From Synergistaceae bacterium (lineage in GTDB: Bacteria > Synergistota > Synergistia > Synergistales > Aminiphilaceae): a stretch of DNA of 64,000 bases. The stretch spans positions 7,171 through 71,170 of the forward strand of contig DAIPKP010000002.1 in the NCBI GenBank assembly GCA_036769705.1, read 5' to 3'. Position 1 is the stretch's first letter. Each line of letters begins with the position of its first letter. The notes beneath the pieces are model-generated. The model made no database searches, was not told the origin of the DNA, and saw only the letters and a program-made list of their open reading frames with translations. Position numbers and translations under genes: made by a program. Below, piece by piece: positions 53,947-61,686 of this stretch.

Positions 53947-55444
53947 GCCTCGTTTCCTGGGGTATCTCTTTTCTAACAGAGAGGAGCCCTTTGAAAGGGG
54001 AACTTGGATCCATGCTCAGACAGAACGGGGAGAAGAGCTTGTTCTTGTGATTGGCAAGGCAAAGGAAGAATCTCCTTCTGAAGAAAAAGAGCAGAAAAGT
54101 GTTTCCCGGGAACATCGGGGACAACATCAAAATCAGGAAAACACCATACAAAAAGTGGATTTTATAGAAAAAGCGCGGGAAGAGCTTTTGAAAGAGCGTG
54201 AAGATCTCGAAAAAGATGAAGCGGAAATTCTTTGTACTGCAAGGAAAATCCTTCGAAAGCATGATTTGGCGATGAAGCTTGTGGACGCTGAATTTCTTCT
54301 GGGAAAGAAAAAACTTTTTCTTTATTTTACCTCTGAAGACAGGGTCGATTTCCGATCTTACGTTCGAGATCTTGCGCGGGAATTTAAAACGCGTATCGAG
54401 CTCCGTCAGATAGGCATTCGAGATGAAGCACGCGTTGTGGGAGGACTTGCGTCCTGTGGCAGGCAGTGCTGTTGTAGCTATTGGCTTCATCAGTTCTCTC
54501 CCATATGTATTCGTATGGTAAAAGAGCAAAACCTCGCCCTTAACCCTACAAAAATTTCTGGAATATGCGGAAGATTGATGTGTTGCATGTCTTACGAGCA
54601 TTTTATGTACAAGGATTTATGGGATCATTTGCCGAATCCGGGGACAAAAATTCGAGGTCCTGAAGCGACGTATGTCCTTTCCGGTGTTGATATCGTTACA
54701 GAATCGGCACGTATTTTCGGCATGGGCCGGGAGATTCTGGTGCCCATTGCAAAGTACAAAGAATTTTGTTCTGTTATCCAGGAAGGCAAGGAATGGGAAT
54801 CAGATATTGACCAAAGCCCTTCTAAAAAGCCCTTTGTACCTCCTTCTTCCAAGCCCTTGGTGAAGGGTCGCAAAGATGATCAAAACGTTAGAAAAGACGT
54901 GCTTCAGACTTCGGAAAAAGATGAAAAAGATGTGCGGAGTTCTCTTGATAATGCTACGCAAAAAGAGAATCCGAAGAAAAAACTCCAGCGAAGAAAGAAA
55001 AGCTCTCAATCCAAAGTTCTGGGTAATAACTCCTCTACAAAAAAAGAGGAAGGAGCGGAGGGGAAAAAGGAAACTTCTCAACGGAGCCGTAAAACACGTG
55101 GAGGGAAAAGAAAACAAGAACCTTCAGGATCTCAGAACAGGGCTCCCCGAAAGAGTCGATCTTCTAAGATTTCTCCGGAAAAACAGGATGATTCTTCAAA
55201 AATTTCTCGGGAAGAAAAAAAAGAACCCCGGAAGAAAAACCCCTCCTCGAGAAAAGATCAGAATAAAGATGCTCCTCTATCAAAAAACTCTTCTCAGAAA
55301 AAAGCAGAAGGGGACAATGCTGCTTCTCAGCCTCAGCGTAAAAGGCGTCGGCGTCCCCGAAAGCGTGCGCCTCAACCAGGTAATGACGGAAGCGGTAAGG
55401 ATCAGAATAAATCTTCCCAGGAAAAAACTTCTTCTCGAGAATAA
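53918..55444 (+). CDS. ricT: PSP1 domain protein RicT/YaaT homologue with long basic low-complexity C-terminal tail
   Basis: PSP1 core LFLYFTSEDRVDFRSYVRDLAREFKTRIELRQIGIRDEAR, and the Cys cluster CGRQCCCSYW...CGRLMCC. GAAGGAGGA lies 8 nt before TTG 53918. The tail runs from about 54800. Confidence 0.85.
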   Translation: MEKYLIVYGKPRFLGYLFSNREEPFERGTWIHAQTERGEELVLVIGKAKEESPSEEKEQKSVSREHRGQHQNQENTIQKVDFIEKAREELLKEREDLEKDEAEILCTARKILRKHDLAMKLVDAEFLLGKKKLFLYFTSEDRVDFRSYVRDLAREFKTRIELRQIGIRDEARVVGGLASCGRQCCCSYWLHQFSPICIRMVKEQNLALNPTKISGICGRLMCCMSYEHFMYKDLWDHLPNPGTKIRGPEATYVLSGVDIVTESARIFGMGREILVPIAKYKEFCSVIQEGKEWESDIDQSPSKKPFVPPSSKPLVKGRKDDQNVRKDVLQTSEKDEKDVRSSLDNATQKENPKKKLQRRKKSSQSKVLGNNSSTKKEEGAEGKKETSQRSRKTRGGKRKQEPSGSQNRAPRKSRSSKISPEKQDDSSKISREEKKEPRKKNPSSRKDQNKDAPLSKNSSQKKAEGDNAASQPQRKRRRRPRKRAPQPGNDGSGKDQNKSSQEKTSSRE

Positions 55445-55613
55445 ATGATATGGGATAGCGTTCTGAAAACATTCTTTTCTTTACCTGAAAAGTTTTCTTT
55501 CGAGAGAAAAAAGCAAAACGGAACTTTTGTCGCAATGCTGGGCTTTATGCAGCTGTAAAGAGGACCTTCAAGATAAATATAGATCGAAAATTCCTCGCTA
55601 AGGAGGATTTCCC

Positions 55614-56558
55614 ATGGGGTTATGGAACAAACTCAGTAAAAGTTTTTTGAAAAATATCAAGCAAAAATGGATGGGAGGCATCTCCTCCCTTTTCCTGAAA
55701 GAGACGCTGGAAGAGTCTTTTTGGGAGAATCTAGAAGAAACCCTTCTTCTCGGTGACGTGGGAGTTGGCGTGGTAGAGGAAATCATAGAGGATCTTCGGG
55801 ATACGGCTAAACGGAAAGGCTTTACCCAGGCAGCGCAACTTCAGGAGGAGTTTGCCAATACTCTGCTTTCTTTTTTTAAGGAAGTACCTGAAACTGGCGT
55901 GGGTATCCATGTATCGGATTCTCCGGAAAAACCTTCCGCCATACTTCTTGTCGGTATTAACGGGTCCGGCAAAACGACTACCGCAGGCAAGCTTGCCTTT
56001 ATGCTTCAAAAAAATGGCAATACCCCTATTCTTGCCGCATGTGATACCTTTCGTGCTGCTGCAATAGATCAATTGAAAATATGGGGAGAAAGAATGGATG
56101 CCCGGGTTATTGCTCAGCCATACGGAAGCGATCCTGCAGCAGTTCTTTTTGACGCTCTTCAGGCTTCAAAGGCTTCGGGAAAACATTCTCCTGTTATTGC
56201 GGATACTGCGGGGCGATTACATAATAAGCAAAATCTCATGGCGGAACTTGGGAAAATACACCGAGTTGCTTTCCGTGAAGCTGATTTTGTAGAATCGCTT
56301 CTCGTACTGGATACGATGACTGGACAAAATGGCCTCAGGCAAGCAGAAGCTTTCTGTGATTGCGTTCCTCTTACGGGAGTCGTTCTTACAAAATTTGACA
56401 ACACTGCCAAGGGAGGCATTATTCTTTCCATCGCCCGAGAACTCAAGCTTCCCGTACGGTATCTCGGTTTTGGGGAAAAATTGGAAGATTTGGAGCTGTT
56501 CTCTCCGGAGGCTTTTGTCGAATCCCTGCTTCAAGAGAAAAAAAACCATGTGGTATGA
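55614..56558 (+). CDS. ftsY: Signal recognition particle receptor FtsY
   Basis: LLVGINGSGKTTTAGKLA, DTFRAAAIDQL, ADTAGRLHNK, and TKFDNTAKGG with LGFGEKLEDL. Confidence 0.92.
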   Translation: MGLWNKLSKSFLKNIKQKWMGGISSLFLKETLEESFWENLEETLLLGDVGVGVVEEIIEDLRDTAKRKGFTQAAQLQEEFANTLLSFFKEVPETGVGIHVSDSPEKPSAILLVGINGSGKTTTAGKLAFMLQKNGNTPILAACDTFRAAAIDQLKIWGERMDARVIAQPYGSDPAAVLFDALQASKASGKHSPVIADTAGRLHNKQNLMAELGKIHRVAFREADFVESLLVLDTMTGQNGLRQAEAFCDCVPLTGVVLTKFDNTAKGGIILSIARELKLPVRYLGFGEKLEDLELFSPEAFVESLLQEKKNHVV

Positions 56559-57378
56559 GGAAGATCTTTCTCGTCTTTCCCTGGAAAGTTCTCTCGAAGA
56601 GGTGCTCCGTTTCCTTTTCACCTCTTCCATAACTTGTATTTTCCTCTACGGAGAAAAGGAACGGCTTCTTATCACGAAAGAAGAACTCATCACTTTTATG
56701 GAAGCTGAGGCAACTTCTTTCAGAATAAGAGATCTTTTCCGCCGCTCCGGAAAAGGGGAAAGCCCGTATTCTCTCATGGAGAAAATGCCGCCTTTTCAGA
56801 AAGTTCTTTTTCTCACGGAAGATGGAGGGAGAATTCTTCGAGTTATCGATATGGCTCCCGAAAAAGAGCTTTTTCTTCCTTCCTGGTGGGAAGCTCCTTT
56901 TCCTCTTGTTGCTTTTCACAAAGATGAGTTTTATGTTAATGAAAAGACCCGGGAACTCTTCCGTACTGAAATTGATATATTGCAAAAAAGCTTTACCACT
57001 TCCCTGAGAGAAGAGGAAAATTCTATTTTCTCATGTATTTCCTCTACCGGAGAAGAGCGACGTTTTTTCGTAAAAAAAGTCCAGGAACATATTTTTGCTC
57101 TGGAAGATGTGAGCAACGAGGTCCATATGGCTCAGGATATCGTATGGTGGGCTGCAGTGGGCAATGCCCTGAGTACGTATTTGCAGGCAAAGGGAGTGGA
57201 GATACGACCTTTTCAGGAGGGAGAAGCCCTTCCGAAGGAAAATGCAGGAACCGCAGAGCTTATTCCATGCCGTTGGGAAGACGAACTTTTAGGGTACATA
57301 CAGCTCTTTTTTGAAGAGGATCTGCAGGGAGAGGAACATCATCATGAAGGGCAAACTCATAGTCGGAATTCTCTATGA
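56548..57378 (+). CDS. Hypothetical protein (no family recognised)
   Basis: 276-codon ORF. ATG 56548 overlaps the ftsY stop. Coding-like composition with an acidic, His-rich C-terminus. The ORF-track start 56329 lies inside ftsY in another frame. Confidence 0.5.
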   Translation: MWYEEDLSRLSLESSLEEVLRFLFTSSITCIFLYGEKERLLITKEELITFMEAEATSFRIRDLFRRSGKGESPYSLMEKMPPFQKVLFLTEDGGRILRVIDMAPEKELFLPSWWEAPFPLVAFHKDEFYVNEKTRELFRTEIDILQKSFTTSLREEENSIFSCISSTGEERRFFVKKVQEHIFALEDVSNEVHMAQDIVWWAAVGNALSTYLQAKGVEIRPFQEGEALPKENAGTAELIPCRWEDELLGYIQLFFEEDLQGEEHHHEGQTHSRNSL

Positions 57379-57859
57379 TGGCAGCGTGCCTCTTTGGGAG
57401 TGGACCATCGGAGAAATAGAACCCCTTTGGGGAGAAATTGAACATGTAAGCGAAATTTTCCCCTTCCCGCACACCTGTTATTATAAAGATATTGGGGATC
57501 CTCTTTATCGGCGATTTTTGTCGTTCAAAGGGTTTACGGAAGGAAGCCTCCTCTGGGAACGCAAAATCCAGGCTATAGCTTTGGAAAAGAAAAGCGGTAA
57601 TCCCAGAAAAGTTAATGTCGATCCCGGGCTTCTCGATGGAGCACGTCTGATACTTGCGTCCACAAAAGACAGGGCTCAGCGTATTCCTATTTCCGATACG
57701 CTTTATGCAGAAGTTACCTTACGTTACAAAGGAAGGAAATGGGTTCCCTTTGATTATACTTTTCCTGATTTCAGGGGGCCCTTGTACTATCCCTTTTTGG
57801 AAAACCTTCGCAAAGATTTTTTACGAGAAATGCGCACAATGAAGGAGGCACATGCATGA
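57344..57859 (+). CDS. DUF4416 family protein
   Basis: KLIVGILY, VNVDPGLLDGARLILASTKDRAQRIPI and YTFPDFRG. GGAGAGGA lies 8 nt before ATG 57344. It overlaps the upstream ORF by 35 nt. Confidence 0.65.
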   Translation: MKGKLIVGILYDGSVPLWEWTIGEIEPLWGEIEHVSEIFPFPHTCYYKDIGDPLYRRFLSFKGFTEGSLLWERKIQAIALEKKSGNPRKVNVDPGLLDGARLILASTKDRAQRIPISDTLYAEVTLRYKGRKWVPFDYTFPDFRGPLYYPFLENLRKDFLREMRTMKEAHA

Positions 57860-59157
57860 TACCCCGTTACAGCACTGACGAAATGAATGTCATTTGGTCC
57901 GAGGAAAATAAATACGCTCTGTGGACAAAAATTGAAATTGCCGTATGCCAGGCATGGCAAGAGAAAAATGTTATCCCCCAAAAAGATTTTCTTAAAATCA
58001 AAGAAAAAGCATCTTTTTCAATTTCCCGGATTCATGAAATCGAGGCAACTACGCATCATGATGTTATCGCTTTTGTTAGCTGTTTAGCCGAATCGGTAGG
58101 AGAAGAGGGCCGTTATATTCATTTGGGGCTTACAAGCAGTGATGTCCTGGATACCGCCTCCTCACTTTTACTTAAAGAGTCGGTGGAAATTATCGAGAAT
58201 AGTCTTGATCAGCTTATGCAAGCTCTTTTAAAAAAGGCCTTTGAACATAAAAAAACTCTTTGCATTGGCAGAACTCATGGTGTCCATGCGGAACCCATGA
58301 CTTTTGGCATGAAACTTCTTAACTGGTATGATCAACTTCAAAGAGACGTGGAACGCCTCAAGCTTGCAAAAAAACAAATTAACTATGGTAAGATTTCCGG
58401 TGCCGTGGGAACTTATGCACATTGTCCTCCGGAGATCGAGGCTCGGGTTTGTTCCCTTCTAGGGCTTGAAAATGCACCTATCTCCACCCAAATCCTCCAG
58501 CGGGACGCTCATGCCAATTTGGTAAACTGTATAAGCCTTATCGGAACTGCGTTGGAACGTATTGCCCTTGAAATTCGGCATCTTCAACGTACGGAAGTGC
58601 TGGAGCTTTTCGAGCCTTTTTCGAAAGGCCAAAAAGGTTCTTCTGCCATGCCTCACAAGAAAAACCCTATCATTGCCGAGCGTATATGCGGTATGGCCAG
58701 GCTTTTACGCGGTTATTCCGTGGTGGGGATGGAAAATGTCGCTCTTTGGCACGAGCGGGATATTAGCCATTCTTCAACAGAACGTGTTATCTGGCCGGAC
58801 CTCTTTCACATCGCTCATTACATGCTTCAAAAAGCTTTGGACCTTGTGGAAGGCATGAAAGTATTTCCCGAAAACATGGAGAAAAATCTCAACGCCACAA
58901 GAGGACTTTTTTTCAGCCAAAAAGTACTTCTTGCTCTTGTTGAAGAGGGGAACCTCTCTCGAGAAGATGCATATCACCATGTGCAAGATAGTGCTATGCG
59001 TTGTTGGAACGGCGAAGGAGATTTTTTAAGCCTTTTACGAGAAAATTCCGCGGTCACCTCGGTGCTTTCTGAGAAAAGGCTCGAAGAAATTTTTGATATG
59101 CGGGCCTACCTACAACATGTAGACACTATTTTTGAAAGATTTCTGGAATTTCGTTAA
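57856..59157 (+). CDS. purB: Adenylosuccinate lyase
   Basis: IPRYSTDEMNVIWSEENKY, HLGLTSSDVLDT, GRTHGVHAEP and GSSAMPHKKNP. Confidence 0.93.
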   Translation: MIPRYSTDEMNVIWSEENKYALWTKIEIAVCQAWQEKNVIPQKDFLKIKEKASFSISRIHEIEATTHHDVIAFVSCLAESVGEEGRYIHLGLTSSDVLDTASSLLLKESVEIIENSLDQLMQALLKKAFEHKKTLCIGRTHGVHAEPMTFGMKLLNWYDQLQRDVERLKLAKKQINYGKISGAVGTYAHCPPEIEARVCSLLGLENAPISTQILQRDAHANLVNCISLIGTALERIALEIRHLQRTEVLELFEPFSKGQKGSSAMPHKKNPIIAERICGMARLLRGYSVVGMENVALWHERDISHSSTERVIWPDLFHIAHYMLQKALDLVEGMKVFPENMEKNLNATRGLFFSQKVLLALVEEGNLSREDAYHHVQDSAMRCWNGEGDFLSLLRENSAVTSVLSEKRLEEIFDMRAYLQHVDTIFERFLEFR

Positions 59158-59257
59158 AAATTGACCGTGAGTTACATCATTGAGCCAAGGGGATTCGAAA
59201 AAAGAAGTTATTTTTTTAAGGAAAAAGTTTTTCAACTTAGCGAGGAGGTATTATCAT

Positions 59258-60241
59258 ATGGTTGTTCCTGATAGAAACATGGCGCTTGAGCTTGTACGAG
59301 CCACTGAAGCTGCTTCTATGGCCGCAGGACGTTGGATGGGGCGAGGAGATAAAAACGGAGTAGACGGAGCCGCGGTAGATGCTATGCGGTATATGCTGAA
59401 TACCGTGCGCATGGCGGGAACCGTTGTTATTGGGGAAGGAGAGAAGGACGAGGCTCCTATGCTTTTCAACGGAGAACATCTTGGTACTGGTGAGCCCCCT
59501 GAAGTTGATATAGCGGTAGATCCCGTGGATGGTACAACCTTGACTTCCCAGGGGCGTGGAGGAGCTGTAAGCGTTGTGGCAGTTTCCGAAAAAGGTACCA
59601 TGTATGATCCCCGGCATATTTTTTACATGAATAAAATTATTACGGGGCCTGAGGCTACGGGTGTTATCGACATCAACGCTCCGGTTCGCGAAAATATCCA
59701 ACGCGTGGCCAAGGCAAAGAAAAAACAGTGCAACGATATTACGGTCATTATTCTTGATCGCCCCCGTCATGATTCTTTGGTATCGGAAATTAGAGACGCT
59801 GGCGCAAGGATCCGTTTTATTTCCGACGGAGACGTATGCGGTGCTCTTATGACCTGCAAGGAAGGAAGTGGCATAGATCTCCTGCTCGGTGTCGGCGGTT
59901 CGCCGGAAGCAGTCGTTACGGCGGCAGCCATGAAATGCGTGGGAGGGGAAATTCAATGCACGTTATGGCCTCGCAACGAAAAAGAACGCAACAAATGCCA
60001 CGATCTCGGCATTGACCTCAATCAAGTCCTGACTGCGGAAGACCTCGTGGCGGGAGACAACATCTTTTTTGCGCTTACAGGGGTTACCGATGGAGAGCTT
60101 GTCCGGGGAGTACGTTACGAAGGGGACAAAATTTCTACAAGTTCTTTGGTAATGCGCTCAAAAAGTGGCACCATCAGGTACATCGATGCCATGCACGCAG
60201 CTGAAAAACTGCGAACCATATCAAGTAGTGTGGAGTATTAG
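59258..60241 (+). CDS. glpX: Class II fructose-1,6-bisphosphatase (GlpX type)
   Basis: [34 protein letters not shown] and [17 protein letters not shown] lies before ATG 59258. The ORF-track TTG 59180 is rejected. Confidence 0.92.
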   Translation: MVVPDRNMALELVRATEAASMAAGRWMGRGDKNGVDGAAVDAMRYMLNTVRMAGTVVIGEGEKDEAPMLFNGEHLGTGEPPEVDIAVDPVDGTTLTSQGRGGAVSVVAVSEKGTMYDPRHIFYMNKIITGPEATGVIDINAPVRENIQRVAKAKKKQCNDITVIILDRPRHDSLVSEIRDAGARIRFISDGDVCGALMTCKEGSGIDLLLGVGGSPEAVVTAAAMKCVGGEIQCTLWPRNEKERNKCHDLGIDLNQVLTAEDLVAGDNIFFALTGVTDGELVRGVRYEGDKISTSSLVMRSKSGTIRYIDAMHAAEKLRTISSSVEY

Positions 60242-60242
60242 T

Positions 60243-60521
60243 TTAAAGCTGTTCTCTAGGAGTGCGACAAACAGCTCTCGCTCCTTTGGCATTTTGAGAG
60301 ACAAGCTCAAGCTCAAGTTCATGAGTCAAAAGTTCTGCATAACTGAAAGAAACGGTGCTTTTATGGGATTCCACATATAGCGTGAAAACTTTGGGGTAAG
60401 TATCCAGAATGACTCCCTGTCTTACCTCAATTTTTCTTCTTCCTCGAGAAGATTTAAAACGCACTCGGGCTCCCCGTTTTGCATGAATGGCATCTCGAAT
60501 GTGTTGCAAGCTGCAACCCAT
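60243..60521 (-). CDS. veg: Veg family protein
   Basis: LQHIRDAIHAKRGARVRFKSSRGRRKIEVRQGVILDTYPKVFTLYVE...VSFSYAELLT parallels Bacillus Veg. AGGAG lies 8 nt before ATG 60521. Confidence 0.8.
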   Translation of the reverse strand: MGCSLQHIRDAIHAKRGARVRFKSSRGRRKIEVRQGVILDTYPKVFTLYVESHKSTVSFSYAELLTHELELELVSQNAKGARAVCRTPREQL

Positions 60522-60544
60522 GTGGGTCACTCCTATCATCATAA

Positions 60545-60573
60545 TTTGTAATATTTTATCACACAATTGCCAA
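60545..60573 (-). promoter_or_regulatory. Sigma-70-type promoter for veg
   Basis: On the minus strand: TTGGCA (60573..60568), 17-nt spacer, TACAAA (60550..60545). Confidence 0.55.
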
Positions 60574-60641
60574 AGTACCAATTCCTTGAGAGAAGTTTCG
60601 TGTCTTCTGTTTACTTTTATTTTTAAAAAGATAGGATTATC

Positions 60642-61685
60642 ATGAAAGTTGTTGTGGGTATAAGTGGAGGCGTCGATAGTGCCATAACGGCCTGGTACTT
60701 ACAGAAGGCCGGGATGCATGTTATAGGTTGTTACGTAGAAACTAAAGACGATCCCGAGGAAAGAGAACGGGCTTATGATATCTGTTCTTTTTTGGGGATT
60801 GTCTGTCGGCATGTAGTCAAAAAAGATGCCATGAAAAACCAGATTATCCTGCCTATGATTCGTGCTTATGCAGGAGGAAGCACTCCCAATCCCTGTATCC
60901 ATTGCAATGCAAAGGTGAAATTTCCTGCCCTTCTGGAGCTTTTGAAAGAAGAGAAGGCAGATAAAGCAGCTACCGGGCATTATGTTCGGAAAAGAGGAAG
61001 CGCGAAAGGCTTTGTGCTAAGGCGGGGAAAAGATCCTGAGAAGGATCAGTCGTATATGCTGAGCCTTTTACCTCGCCACATGTTAGACAAGCTCCTTTTC
61101 CCCCTGGGGGATTTTCATAAAACGGTTATTCGAGGCCTAGGAGCGAATGTTTTCGGAGATCTTTTCTCTTCGATTCCCGAAAGCCAGGATCTTTGTTTTA
61201 TGAAAGGTGAGAATCTGCAGATCTATATAGAGAAAAATGTATCCTCCGAAAAAGCATGCAGTGGGCCCATTCTTTCCCATAGCGGGAAAATTCTTGGAAA
61301 ACATAAGGGGCTTTTCCATTATACTATAGGCCAAAGAAAAGGTTTGGGCCTTTCTGGAGGGCCCTGGTTTGTATATGATATTTGTGAAACGGCAAATACC
61401 CTTCGGGTAGGGCCAAAAAACTTTCTCGGCGTGAATAAAATATTGTGTTCTCAGGTAAACTGGTTTATTTCACCGGAATCGCTGAAGGATGTTTCTCTTT
61501 GCGCGAAAGTACGATACAGAGGAGCCTCGGCGGAAGTAAAATCTTTTTCTTTCGGGGAAGGCCTGCTGCAGGTAGAAACCGTTGCTGATCTTCAGGGAGT
61601 AGCTCCCGGACAAGGACTTGTACTATATGCGAAAGATCTCATGGTATGTGGAGCAATTATTCAAGAAACCGAGAGGAGGAGTTAG
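60642..61685 (+). CDS. mnmA: tRNA-specific 2-thiouridylase MnmA
   Basis: PP-loop VVVGISGGVDSAITA, NPCIHCNAKVKF, ATGHY and DQSYML. Confidence 0.9.
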   Translation: MKVVVGISGGVDSAITAWYLQKAGMHVIGCYVETKDDPEERERAYDICSFLGIVCRHVVKKDAMKNQIILPMIRAYAGGSTPNPCIHCNAKVKFPALLELLKEEKADKAATGHYVRKRGSAKGFVLRRGKDPEKDQSYMLSLLPRHMLDKLLFPLGDFHKTVIRGLGANVFGDLFSSIPESQDLCFMKGENLQIYIEKNVSSEKACSGPILSHSGKILGKHKGLFHYTIGQRKGLGLSGGPWFVYDICETANTLRVGPKNFLGVNKILCSQVNWFISPESLKDVSLCAKVRYRGASAEVKSFSFGEGLLQVETVADLQGVAPGQGLVLYAKDLMVCGAIIQETERRS

Positions 61686-61686
61686 C

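Noticed and set aside
54876-55448. 190-aa alternative-frame + strand ORF inside the ricT tail
   Set aside because: It is a product of the A/G-rich low-complexity sequence. It has no independent SD and lies entirely within the ricT reading frame region.
55445-55561. 38-codon ORF (MIWDSVLKTFFSLPEKFSFERKKQNGTFVAMLGFMQL) immediately after ricT, at the position where Bacillus has yabA
   Set aside because: There is no SD, no resemblance to YabA, and it is below any reasonable evidence threshold. I leave it as intergenic.
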